From positions 240,001 through 272,000 of the forward strand of contig JAUYHT010000002.1 of NCBI GenBank assembly GCA_030688545.1: DNA of 32,000 nucleotides. The letters are read 5' to 3'. Below, in pieces: positions 1-8,597 of the stretch. The translations under genes were made by a program, and so were the position numbers. This DNA comes from Candidatus Iainarchaeum sp. (GTDB taxonomy: Archaea > Iainarchaeota > Iainarchaeia > Iainarchaeales > VGJJ01). The notes beneath the pieces are model-generated. The model was not told the origin of the DNA. It saw only the letters and a list, made by a program, of their open reading frames with translations, and searched no databases. How positions within the stretch are numbered: the stretch's first letter is position 1; every line of letters begins with the position of its first letter.

Positions 1-18
1 GATAGTAAGAAATAGAGT

Positions 19-483
19 ATGCCCATCCGCGAAGCCACCATAAAAGAAGCGCCCACCGTGCTCGCTTTCATCCAAGAATTCTTCCCATACAAACACATGG
101 ATCTCCCCACCCTGGAGCAGAGGATGCAGGATCTGAACATCGCCATCCTCGTGTATGAGGAAGGGAAAACCATCCATGGTTTCGTGGACATCGAGATCAT
201 TACTCCCTCCGCGGGAGAGGTGCGGCTGAATGGCGTCGCGGTGAGGAAAGAATCCCAATACCATGGTATTGGGGGACAATTAGTAAAGGCGGCCATCGCC
301 TGGAGCGAAGAAAGGGGAATGACGCGAATGGTTTTGCTAGTGGAACCTACCAATGCGCCCGCCAAACAATTGTACACCATTTTAGGATTTGTATTCGAAA
401 AAGAAGCGCCTCCCATCGAGGGAAAGCCCGTGGAGCAATGGGCCAAAAAACTCCACCCCCCTAAACCGGAATACGTGCACTGA
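19..483 (+). CDS. GNAT-family N-acetyltransferase
   Basis: 154-aa ORF. It has a GNAT motif-A-like segment, VAVRKESQYHGIGGQLVKAAI (R/Q-x-x-G-x-G/A), followed by LVEPTNAPAKQLYTILGF. Confidence 0.7.
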   Translation: MPIREATIKEAPTVLAFIQEFFPYKHMDLPTLEQRMQDLNIAILVYEEGKTIHGFVDIEIITPSAGEVRLNGVAVRKESQYHGIGGQLVKAAIAWSEERGMTRMVLLVEPTNAPAKQLYTILGFVFEKEAPPIEGKPVEQWAKKLHPPKPEYVH

Positions 484-534
484 TACTGGATTAATACGGT
501 TTGATTACAAAAGACTTGGTTGTGGTTTGTTCAC

Positions 535-1983
535 TTAGTATGTTTTAGAAAACAAGGTGTACCATTCCGCAGTCTGGCCGCAATGCCCACACACCCCTTT
601 CTCTGGTTGCTCATCCAATGGGATGCATCGCGAGGTCGCGGTGGTCTTTTCTTTTAGGGCTTTCTCGCACTCGGGACGCCCGCAGAACTTCATTCGAATG
701 ATCTTGCGCTGCTGCAAAGCCTCCTCGAAGGCTTTCATGGTGTCTACGGTGATTAGGCTTCCATGGAGGAAGGATTCAGCCTTGGAAAATAGGGCATGAT
801 GCATGGCCTCCAATTCGGATTCCACGGCTTGGGTTATCTGGGAAAGGGAAACCGTTTTTTTCTCCCCCGTATCGCGCCGAACAAGGATGCATTGGTCCTG
901 CGCCACGTCCCGCGGGCCCAATTCGATTCGGAGGGGAATGCCCTTCAATTCCCATTCGTTGAATTTCCATCCCGGAGAATACCCGTCGCGGTCATCCACG
1001 AACGCTCCAAAAGAAGAGAGGGTGGTCTCCAGACCCCGCGCGGCCTTCAACACCCCCTCCCGGGTATCGGTGAAGAGAATTGGAACAATGGCCACTTTTT
1101 GGCGCGCCAGACGGGGAGGGAGAACCAATCCCTTATCATCCCCATGCACCATGACCAAAGCGCCCAACAGACGCGTGGAAATGCCCCAGGAATTCTGGTA
1201 GGGAAGATGGGCTTTCTCATCCTCGCCCGAGAACACCGTGCCAAAGGCTTTGGCAAACCGCTGACCCAAATCATGAGAGGTGCCCATCTGCAATGCTTTC
1301 CCATCCGGCATGAGGGCTTCGATGGTATAGGTTTCATCCGCCCCCGCAAAGCGTTCCATTTCCGTCTTTCTTCCCGCGATCACAGGTACGGCCAGCAATT
1401 CGTGGGACAATTTTTGGTATTCCATGAGGAAACGCAGGGCCTCATCCTTGGCTTCTTCATGCGTGGCATAGGCGCAATGCCCTTCCTGCCAGAGGAATTC
1501 CCTCCCCCGGAGGAAGAACTTAGTCATCTTAATTTCCCAGCGCACGATGTTACACCACTGGTTGATGCGCAATGGCAGATCGCGGTGGGATTGAATCCAT
1601 TTGGCGAACATGTCATTGATGATGGTTTCACTCGTGGGACGAATGGCTAAACGCTCGGCCCCCGCTTCCTCCTTTTCCTGGGCAATCCATGCCACTTCGG
1701 GAGCGAAGCCTTCCGCGTGGGATTTTTCCTTATTGAAAAAGGATTCGGGTATGAGGAGGGGGAAATAAGCGTTCTCCACGTCCAACACCTTCAAACGGGA
1801 ATTGAAATACGCTTGGATATCTTCCCAGAGCCGCATCGAGCCGGGACGATAAACCATGAAACCGTGCACGGGAGAATAATCCGCGAGCCCCGCCTTCAAG
1901 ACAACCTGGGTGTACCACTCAGATAAATCATCGGCTTTCTTCACGGTGACCCCCACCAGGGTTGGGGTGTTAGGCTTGGGCAT
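535..1983 (-). CDS. proS: Prolyl-tRNA synthetase, archaeal/eukaryal type
   Basis: 482-aa ORF with class IIa ProRS signatures (FAPEVAWI, RPTSET, GTSHDLGQRFAKAF) and a C-terminal Cys-rich Zn-binding region (CGRPEC...CGHCG). The long antisense ORFs inside it are shadow ORFs. Confidence 0.93.
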   Translation of the reverse strand: MPKPNTPTLVGVTVKKADDLSEWYTQVVLKAGLADYSPVHGFMVYRPGSMRLWEDIQAYFNSRLKVLDVENAYFPLLIPESFFNKEKSHAEGFAPEVAWIAQEKEEAGAERLAIRPTSETIINDMFAKWIQSHRDLPLRINQWCNIVRWEIKMTKFFLRGREFLWQEGHCAYATHEEAKDEALRFLMEYQKLSHELLAVPVIAGRKTEMERFAGADETYTIEALMPDGKALQMGTSHDLGQRFAKAFGTVFSGEDEKAHLPYQNSWGISTRLLGALVMVHGDDKGLVLPPRLARQKVAIVPILFTDTREGVLKAARGLETTLSSFGAFVDDRDGYSPGWKFNEWELKGIPLRIELGPRDVAQDQCILVRRDTGEKKTVSLSQITQAVESELEAMHHALFSKAESFLHGSLITVDTMKAFEEALQQRKIIRMKFCGRPECEKALKEKTTATSRCIPLDEQPEKGVCGHCGQTAEWYTLFSKTY

Positions 1984-2008
1984 ACCACCATCCTACTCCC
2001 AAAATTCA

Positions 2009-2018
2009 CTTAAATAGG
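2009..2018 (-). promoter_or_regulatory. TATA-like box for proS (CCTATTTAAG on the minus strand)
   Basis: AT-rich box centred about 30 nt upstream of the proS ATG (1983). The same TTAAATAGG word sits upstream of the 10996 gene. Confidence 0.4.
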
Positions 2019-2275
2019 GGCCGGTTTCTCGCGGGCAATGGTACCTGGTTTTTAACTTTTTTTACCCAGGGTTACAATCTGACTTGGGGAAAAAAACGAG
2101 GCCATTCCAACTCGGTTATGTGAATTACGCGGATGCATGAATAGAAAAATCTCCTTTTTCATCCCACTCAAACCTATATTCCCCCTCACTAATTTACATC
2201 TTCATCCATTTGGAAATGATTAGCCGCCCATTCACCCAATCCTTTTTAATCAATCCTCCACCTCTTCCTGGGAGA

Positions 2276-2348
2276 GGGGGAGTAGTATAGCCTGGTAGTA
2301 TGCCACCATGGGGTGGTGGTGACCCCGGTTCAAATCCGGGCTTCCCCA
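2276..2348 (+). tRNA. tRNA-Pro (anticodon GGG)
   Basis: Manual cloverleaf: acceptor GGGGGAG/CTTCCCC, anticodon stem CCACC/GGTGG, loop ATGGGGT (G37), T-arm CCCGG-TTCAAAT-CCGGG, discriminator A. It is 73 nt with no encoded CCA and no intron. Confidence 0.88.
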
Positions 2349-2455
2349 TACCCACATTCCAATTAGGGCGTTCGAAATTAGGGAAGGTTCACCGAGGCCT
2401 CCCGGCTGACTGGTATCCGTCACCCTTTGAGTCAAGGGCTAATATTTTACTGTTT

Positions 2456-3112
2456 TCACACGAATGCATCTTCAAATGTGTTAATTTGAAAGTCTGCTTT
2501 TGTCAATGGGTCAGAACCGTGGTTTCCAATTAGAACTCCCACGGTTAGTATACCTGCGGATTTGGCTGATTCAACTCCTCGACGTGTATCTTCAAACGCA
2601 ATACAGTCTGATGCCGATAATTTTATTTTTTCTAAACTATGAGTATATGATTCAGGGTTTGGTTTATCCTCCAGATAATCCTCGCGTGCAACAATAAAGT
2701 CAAAAGAAGAACGAATTCCGACGTTTTTCAATACCCGCTCAACAATTAGACGTGTACTCCCTGAGCAGATGTTGCAGCTAACCTTTTTTGATTTATAATA
2801 ATCCAAAATATCTAAAACACCAGGAAGAGGAGTGTTGATTCGTTGAATAAGCTGGTAATAAAGGTTTTTGTGTTCTTTTAGCACCATATTTGCATCAACC
2901 TGTATTCCTCTGGATTTGAAAATATCTCCATAAAAACGCAAATCAGGAATTTGGAAATAATCCATTTTTTCTTCAGGGGTCAAACTAATGGCATACTTTG
3001 CCAGGATAGTTTTACTTGCATCAAGGCCTACTTGCTCGGTGTCTACTAAAATACCGTCGAAATCAAAAATGGCGGCTTTTATCTTTTCAGGAAATCGCTT
3101 ATCCAAAGCCAT
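2456..3112 (-). CDS. HAD-superfamily hydrolase (beta-phosphoglucomutase-like subfamily)
   Basis: 218-aa ORF. HAD motif I is FDFDGILVDTE. The C-terminal region AFEDTRRGVESAKSAGI resembles motif IV. The DNA is low-GC. Confidence 0.78.
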   Translation of the reverse strand: MALDKRFPEKIKAAIFDFDGILVDTEQVGLDASKTILAKYAISLTPEEKMDYFQIPDLRFYGDIFKSRGIQVDANMVLKEHKNLYYQLIQRINTPLPGVLDILDYYKSKKVSCNICSGSTRLIVERVLKNVGIRSSFDFIVAREDYLEDKPNPESYTHSLEKIKLSASDCIAFEDTRRGVESAKSAGILTVGVLIGNHGSDPLTKADFQINTFEDAFV

Positions 3113-3114
3113 AT

Positions 3115-3756
3115 TTAGACCTTTTTAGATTGTTTGCTCTTAAGGTAAGATTTGATTATGGATGTTTTACTTTCGTTAATAATATACATGCAATGACGCT
3201 CTTCACGCCAGATTTTTATTGAGCTAAAATCTACATCTTGAGTGGCAGGATTCACACCCAGGGGAATTTTTAGGGTGCCAATATCTTCAAAACCAATTGA
3301 AAAATACAACCTTTTTGCGCGCTCATTCCAATGAGCAAATGTCAATTCGATTGCATCCGCTTTGGAGTCTTGTGCATATCCCATAAGAAACTGCATACCT
3401 AAACGACCTATACCTTTCCCTTGGAAAGCATCTGCGATACATATTCCAAGAATGGGTATTTGTAAGCTTTTACCATTGAAGGAATATTTTTGTGTGATCC
3501 TCCATAGGGCCAAATGACCAATCGGGGTGCCAGAAGGAGAGAATATCAAATAGGACGAATCCTTTCCTGCTTCGTGGCCTGCAATGGCCATTCGGTAATC
3601 TTCTATTTGTTTATCGGTATCCCACCGGTAAGGGGCAAATAGTTCTTTGGAATTTGCGCTAAGAGTATCCGCAAATGCTTTAAGATATTTTTCGTCACCT
3701 CGCTCAAGAGGTCGAACTTCCAGCGATCCAATACAGGAGGGTAAAGTAGACCTCAT
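3115..3756 (-). CDS. GNAT-family N-acetyltransferase
   Basis: 213-aa ORF with motif A QGKGIGRLGMQFLMGYA. It stops 2 nt before the HAD start, so the two are likely co-transcribed. The DNA is low-GC. Confidence 0.72.
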   Translation of the reverse strand: MRSTLPSCIGSLEVRPLERGDEKYLKAFADTLSANSKELFAPYRWDTDKQIEDYRMAIAGHEAGKDSSYLIFSPSGTPIGHLALWRITQKYSFNGKSLQIPILGICIADAFQGKGIGRLGMQFLMGYAQDSKADAIELTFAHWNERAKRLYFSIGFEDIGTLKIPLGVNPATQDVDFSSIKIWREERHCMYIINESKTSIIKSYLKSKQSKKV

Positions 3757-3872
3757 AGATAGAACTAAACTGCCCCATCACCATCTAAATACTTATCTAG
3801 AATGTGATTAATTGACCAAATTTTTCCTATTGGAAAGGTTTACCTCATCCCCGGCCTATAAAGTCCGAACGA

Positions 3873-4634
3873 TCAGGGCACCCTGATCGTGTAGATGCGC
3901 ATTTCCTGCTCGATGACGGTTTTCCCGTCTTTGGTGTGCTGACGCAGGAATTCCATTATCTCTTTCTGTTTAGCTACGGCCTCCTCGCGCCGCATGAAGG
4001 TATTGGAAAATACTTCCAATGCCCATTCTGGGGATTTGAATTGAAAGGGAAGCACGAGTTTGCGCACGGAGACCTTCCACCCCTGTTCCTCGCAGAACGC
4101 GGGAAACGTTTGATCGAACGCTTTGGTTTTCAACACATTATCCGGCTTGGTGAACCCTTCCAAATGGGGCAAGTCCCTCTCACCTGATGTAAACCCTATC
4201 ACGATGGGACATCCTTTTTTGGTTATGCGCACCAACTCCTTGACTATTTTTTCCCATCGAGATTTGGCATAATGAATCACCCACACGCAATACGTGGCAT
4301 CCGACACTTCATCGTCCAATGGCAATCCCACGGAAGGGGATTTAACAACCTGCACTTTATCGCGTAAACCATGCTCACGGACCAATTTTTGGATGGCCGT
4401 CACCGACCAATCGCTCTCCCGAACACAGGTGATAGAGGCCGCTAGTTTAGAAAAAGGCACAACCAACCGACCCGGGTCATAGCCCGCATCGATCACATGC
4501 TTTCCAACGATATTGGCCTCTTCAAGGATGGCGGGCAATTCATGTGTGTCGCGCCGAATGCTGGCCTTCACCATCTCGTGCCAGTAGTCCCAGTAAACGG
4601 GATCTTTAGGGGTGTTGGGAGGGAATGATGCCAT
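3873..4634 (-). CDS. Class-I SAM-dependent methyltransferase-like protein
   Basis: 253-aa ORF. It has a degenerate motif I (HVIDAGYDPG) and a later VRITKKGCPIVIGF strand typical of the Rossmann methyltransferase fold. A TATA-like CCTTAAAAAAAGG lies at 4655-4667. A 10-bp-stem palindrome (ACGATCAGGG-CA-CCCTGATCGT) lies at the 3' end. Confidence 0.55.
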   Translation of the reverse strand: MASFPPNTPKDPVYWDYWHEMVKASIRRDTHELPAILEEANIVGKHVIDAGYDPGRLVVPFSKLAASITCVRESDWSVTAIQKLVREHGLRDKVQVVKSPSVGLPLDDEVSDATYCVWVIHYAKSRWEKIVKELVRITKKGCPIVIGFTSGERDLPHLEGFTKPDNVLKTKAFDQTFPAFCEEQGWKVSVRKLVLPFQFKSPEWALEVFSNTFMRREEAVAKQKEIMEFLRQHTKDGKTVIEQEMRIYTIRVP

Positions 4635-4874
4635 ACCTACTACTAGTCAAACCTCCTTAAAAAAAGGTCCAGGAAAAACCACTTGACTTGCGATTTCTAA
4701 TGATGTGACTTGCCACCCGCTTCACCATAGGTAACATCCCATCCGCTCCTATGTTTCACCCGCCCTATTTTTCACTTACTCCAATATTTTGTCCATTCCT
4801 CTGGGGGATTTGAAACCTCCACCTGAAAGGAAAAAAACGACCTTAAGGAATTCATTTAAAAAGACCAAAATTTT

Positions 4875-5513
4875 ATGCCCCTCATGGCCCAAAGGAAAAT
4901 GTCCAAACAAGAGAAAGAAGCCCTGGTCGCCCGGTTGCAAGCCGGACGTGTGGCAAAGCAGGCTAAAAAAAGGAAACGGAACGCGACCCCTGTTCCAACT
5001 GCAACATCACGCGCGCTCACCCGTCGGCGGTTGAAAGCACGACCCAAACCCAGACCTAAACGTTTACGAAAATCATTGCGCGCGACGCGCGTTTCCCCAC
5101 GAAACACGCGTGTGACGTCGCGCACCCTTTCTGACATCCTGCGTGAATCGGATGCGCGTGATAACCTGCAGCGCGCCAAACGGGCGTTACGGGGTCTACA
5201 TCGGGCCGTCTGGTTCCCCAAAGCGGTGGTGCACTCTAACCAGGTTCACCCGCGTGAACACCATACGATCGAAGAAGAGATTCCCGAGCAGGCGCTCATC
5301 GAACATTGGGAGGCCATCGGGGAACTCAAACGCAAAGGCATCGATATCCGCCACGCGGATTGGCCGGTGCGCATCCCCACGCGATTGAAGGAAATCGAAC
5401 TGGAAACCCCAGTGTCCATGCACGCCCGACGATTTGCCTCCCGTCATGGATTAGTGGTGCGCGAAAGGCTCCCGACCCCCCGCCGGATAGTAGCACGGGT
5501 GTTGGGGCATTAA
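4875..5513 (+). CDS. Hypothetical highly basic (Arg/Lys-rich) protein
   Basis: 212-aa ORF. The N-terminal ~110 aa are low-complexity and K/R-rich. The TATA-like ATTTAAAA at 4854-4861 fits a leaderless start at the second ATG (4884) better than 4875. The antisense frame is also open (4856..5221), so coding status is less certain. Confidence 0.45.
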   Translation: MPLMAQRKMSKQEKEALVARLQAGRVAKQAKKRKRNATPVPTATSRALTRRRLKARPKPRPKRLRKSLRATRVSPRNTRVTSRTLSDILRESDARDNLQRAKRALRGLHRAVWFPKAVVHSNQVHPREHHTIEEEIPEQALIEHWEAIGELKRKGIDIRHADWPVRIPTRLKEIELETPVSMHARRFASRHGLVVRERLPTPRRIVARVLGH

Positions 5514-5527
5514 GGACGACCCCCTCT

Positions 5528-5537
5528 TCTAATAAAT
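5528..5537 (+). promoter_or_regulatory. TATA-like box for lig (TCTAATAAAT)
   Basis: Centred about 25 nt upstream of the ATG at 5558. Confidence 0.4.
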
Positions 5538-5557
5538 CAGGGGTTTCGTGAATAGGT

Positions 5558-7387
5558 ATGGCCTTTGTCGACGTCGCCGCTTCCCTGGAGAAGATTGAAC
5601 AGACGAGTAAACGTCTTGAGATGACGGAACAGCTGGCCGAGCTGTTCGCCCGAACCCCTGCCGAAGAGATGCGGGAAGTCATCTACTTATTGCAAGGGCG
5701 ATTGGCCCCCGCGTATGAGAATATCGAAACAGGGTTAGGGGAGAAATTAGTGGAGCAGGCCATTGCCCATGCAACGGGGTATTCTAAGGAAGAGGTGGCC
5801 AAGCGCTTCAAGAAAACAGGGGATCTGGGGACCACGGCGGAAGAGCTGCTGCAGAAAAAGACCCAGCAGAGCCTGGTGAAACAAACCCTTACCGTGAAGA
5901 AGGTGCACGCTAACTTCATGAAGCTGGCGACCACTGCGGGGACGGGCACCCAAGATACCAAAATCAGATTGCTCGCGGAACTTTTGCACGCCGCCTCCCC
6001 CCTGGAAGCACGGTACATCATTCGGTTCGCCCTGGGAGCTCTTCGATTGGGGGCCGGCGACCCCACCCTAATGGATGCCCTGGCCAAAGTCCATTTGGAT
6101 GAATTCAAGCGGAAGAACCCCGCGCTCATTGAAGAGATAGATGGGAAGACGGATGAGGAAAAGGATAAACGCATCCAATTGAGGCTGCGCGAGACCATTG
6201 AAGCCAAATATAACATCCATGCTGATTTGGGTCATATCGCCGAAAAAATAACCCATAAAGGATTGATAGGGTTAGAGGAAATCGACCTCGAGCCCGGCGT
6301 ACCTATTCGGCCGACACTCGCGGAAAGACTGCCCTTGTCCAAGGATATCATCGCCAAGTTAGGAAAGTGTGCCGTGGAATCCAAATACGATGGATTTAGA
6401 GTTCAGGTGCACAAAAAGGGAAAATCCATCTGGATTTTTTCCCGCAACCTGGAAAAAATGACGGATATGTTTCCCGAAATAGTTGAGGGGGCTCAAAAGC
6501 AGCTCGACGCACAGGATTGTATCGTGGAAGGGGAGGCCTTGGCGGTGAATGAAGAGACGAATGAATTTTTTCCCTTTCAAGTGACGATCCAGCGCAAACG
6601 GAAATATGAGATTGAGGAGAAGGCCAAAGAGCTGCCACTCAAACTATTCCTCTTCGATGCCATGGCCATCAATGGGAAAAATATTATGTCCCTCCCCTTC
6701 GGGGAACGGAGGAAGCAATTGCAGCGCCTCATCGGAAAAGGGAACACCATCGCTCCGACTCATTCCATCATTACGGACCAGGCTGGGGAGATTGACAAAT
6801 TCTTCAATGAGAACGTGGCCCAAGGACTGGAAGGCATCATGTGCAAGGATCTGAACGCTCCCTACATCGCGGGGGCGCGCAAGTTTGCATGGATCAAGCT
6901 CAAGCGATCCTACAAGGGAGAATTACAGGACACAGTGGACCTGGTCATACTTGGTTTTTACAAAGGGAAAGGAAAACGCACCACCTTCGGTTTAGGGGGG
7001 TTATTGGCCGGGGTGTATGAGGAAAAGGAAGACCTGTTCAAATCCGTCACACGCATAGGAACGGGGTTCAGCGAGCAGATGCTGCAGGAACTGCATGACC
7101 TATTATCCAAACATACATCGGAAAGGAAACCCGCCCGCGTGGACTCGGATATTGTACCCGATGTGTGGGTAAAACCCCAATTTGTCGTGGAGGTGCGCGC
7201 GGATGAAATTACGCAAAGTCCGATGCATACCGCCGGCCGAAAGGGAGGGAAAACAGGATACGCGTTGCGCTTTCCCCGCATCCTCCGATTGCGTAGGGAT
7301 AAGGATCCTGAGCAGGCCACGTCGGTGAAGGAAATCATCGACATGTATAAAACCCAGAAACGGGTCTCCCTGAAGGAATCCAGATGA
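5558..7387 (+). CDS. lig: ATP-dependent DNA ligase
   Basis: 609-aa ORF. The adenylation motif I is KYDG (ESKYDGFRVQVHK). The N-terminal DNA-binding domain, OB-fold C-terminus and overall length are typical of archaeal Lig. Confidence 0.93.
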   Translation: MAFVDVAASLEKIEQTSKRLEMTEQLAELFARTPAEEMREVIYLLQGRLAPAYENIETGLGEKLVEQAIAHATGYSKEEVAKRFKKTGDLGTTAEELLQKKTQQSLVKQTLTVKKVHANFMKLATTAGTGTQDTKIRLLAELLHAASPLEARYIIRFALGALRLGAGDPTLMDALAKVHLDEFKRKNPALIEEIDGKTDEEKDKRIQLRLRETIEAKYNIHADLGHIAEKITHKGLIGLEEIDLEPGVPIRPTLAERLPLSKDIIAKLGKCAVESKYDGFRVQVHKKGKSIWIFSRNLEKMTDMFPEIVEGAQKQLDAQDCIVEGEALAVNEETNEFFPFQVTIQRKRKYEIEEKAKELPLKLFLFDAMAINGKNIMSLPFGERRKQLQRLIGKGNTIAPTHSIITDQAGEIDKFFNENVAQGLEGIMCKDLNAPYIAGARKFAWIKLKRSYKGELQDTVDLVILGFYKGKGKRTTFGLGGLLAGVYEEKEDLFKSVTRIGTGFSEQMLQELHDLLSKHTSERKPARVDSDIVPDVWVKPQFVVEVRADEITQSPMHTAGRKGGKTGYALRFPRILRLRRDKDPEQATSVKEIIDMYKTQKRVSLKESR

Positions 7388-7626
7388 AACACAAATTCAA
7401 ACGAATGCTGACCTGGATCTGGCGATGGGGATTATTCGTCCTCGCCTTTCTCATCGTGGTTTTCGCGGTCGTATCCCTGGACACATTCGTCATCGAGCAG
7501 CGCCTCTACTTCCTCCGCGCGGGGGCTTGGGAAGAACTGCTCCTCATCACGGCGTTAGGGTTGCTCATCGCGTATGTCCTGAAACGCCTGCTCGTCCTCC
7601 AATGGAAATGGGGAGTGGGCAAATGA
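7384..7626 (+). CDS. Small membrane protein (two predicted TM helices)
   Basis: 80-aa ORF. Its ATG overlaps the lig stop (ATGA at 7384-7387). Its stop overlaps the next ATG (ATGA at 7623-7626). It has two hydrophobic stretches. Confidence 0.55.
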   Translation: MKHKFKRMLTWIWRWGLFVLAFLIVVFAVVSLDTFVIEQRLYFLRAGAWEELLLITALGLLIAYVLKRLLVLQWKWGVGK

Positions 7627-8597
7627 ACGTGTTCAAGTTGCTGGTCATGGCCGTGGGAGCGGTGGCCCTGCTGTACATTATTCTCCTCCTCTTTGCCCCT
7701 TTGTTTTCAACCCCTCCCAATATTGCACATGCGGCGGAAGGTCTGTTGCTCACCGCCCAAACGGATTTGGGAAAAAGCTATTCCACTACTCTTGATGTGC
7801 GGGCGGAGCAATCATTGGATGCCCGATCCCTCGATGAACCCTCCCGGAGTGTGGCTTTTGCTTGCTCGGGCATAGACTGTTGCGATGATCCCCGGGACTG
7901 CCCCCTCCCCCTTACAGTTAATGCCCAACGCATCCTCTTCCACCAGGATATCCGCACCACCTTTTCGGCGCGTTGTGAGGAAACAGCTGGCATCCACGCG
8001 TGCACGGTGTACGTGGGAAAAAGGCCCGCGCAACTGGAGTGGCGCGACTTAGTGTTGCCGGAAGTTAATAATGGGGATGATCTCCCTTACGTGGCGCAGG
8101 CCACTATCTTTAACACGGGAGAAATAATTTTGAGAGATGTCACCGTATTATTGCGCGTGTATGAATCCCAAGTATTCGCTGGAAACGAGGAAAAGATCAT
8201 CATCCACACGCAGGAACAAATTATCCCAGCACTCGATCCTTCTTCGGGATATCCACTGGCGTTTACGGAAACTATTCTCCCAGGGAATTATACGATCGAC
8301 CTATTTGCCTCCGCCCAGGAAGGGGGATTCGATCGCGTGCGGAAGGACGTGCACATCACGGGAGAGACTATTTCCCTTTGCCAACCTATTCTTGAAAACC
8401 GGGGCCTTGGTACTTGGGATGGGTTTACCGAACTCTGCCGGGCCCAGAGGGATTGCACGGGGTGTACGTTTGCCTTCGAATGTCGGGAGGCCTGGGAGCG
8501 CACCGCGCCACTGTCAGGGGGTGGGTCTTATGATGCGTCCCGGGGGGAGCCAGGGTTCACTTACGCCCTGTACGAGCCGGTAGAGGGGAGTTGTTAA
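7623..8597 (+). CDS. Membrane-anchored or secreted Cys-rich protein with a CARDB-like beta-sandwich segment
   Basis: I chose the internal ATG at 7623 (MNVFKLLVMAVGAVALLYIILLLF hydrophobic anchor). The 7425 start would overlap the previous ORF out of frame. The middle region ATIFNTGEIILRDVTVLL...LPGNYTIDLFA resembles CARDB. It has several Cys residues, mostly in two clusters (CSGIDCCDDPRDC and CRAQRDCTGCTFAFEC). Confidence 0.6.
   Translation: MNVFKLLVMAVGAVALLYIILLLFAPLFSTPPNIAHAAEGLLLTAQTDLGKSYSTTLDVRAEQSLDARSLDEPSRSVAFACSGIDCCDDPRDCPLPLTVNAQRILFHQDIRTTFSARCEETAGIHACTVYVGKRPAQLEWRDLVLPEVNNGDDLPYVAQATIFNTGEIILRDVTVLLRVYESQVFAGNEEKIIIHTQEQIIPALDPSSGYPLAFTETILPGNYTIDLFASAQEGGFDRVRKDVHITGETISLCQPILENRGLGTWDGFTELCRAQRDCTGCTFAFECREAWERTAPLSGGGSYDASRGEPGFTYALYEPVEGSC

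Noticed and set aside
557-1926. Several long ORFs antisense to, or out of frame with, proS (for example 796..1650, 284 aa)
   Set aside because: They lie entirely inside a confidently identified ProRS gene. Their translations are low-complexity and Arg/Gly/Pro-rich, which is typical of shadow ORFs in GC-rich DNA.
4716-4729. GCTTCACCATA as a distal copy of the tRNA-Pro(GGG) 3' end (GCTTCCCCATA), which would bracket 2349-4715
   Set aside because: It is only 10 of 11 matching with no extended flank similarity. My rough expectation for such a hit by chance in 64 kb of search space is near 0.5.
4695-4830. C/D-box sRNA (TGATGTGA ... CTGA)
   Set aside because: The boxes are about 130 nt apart, against about 50-60 nt for archaeal C/D sRNAs. 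There are no internal C'/D' boxes and no terminal stem.
7425-7622. N-terminal extension of the 7425..8597 ORF
   Set aside because: It overlaps the 80-aa TM ORF out of frame and translates to Arg/Pro-rich nonsense. The ATG at 7623 forms an ATGA overlap with the preceding stop and begins a proper hydrophobic anchor.
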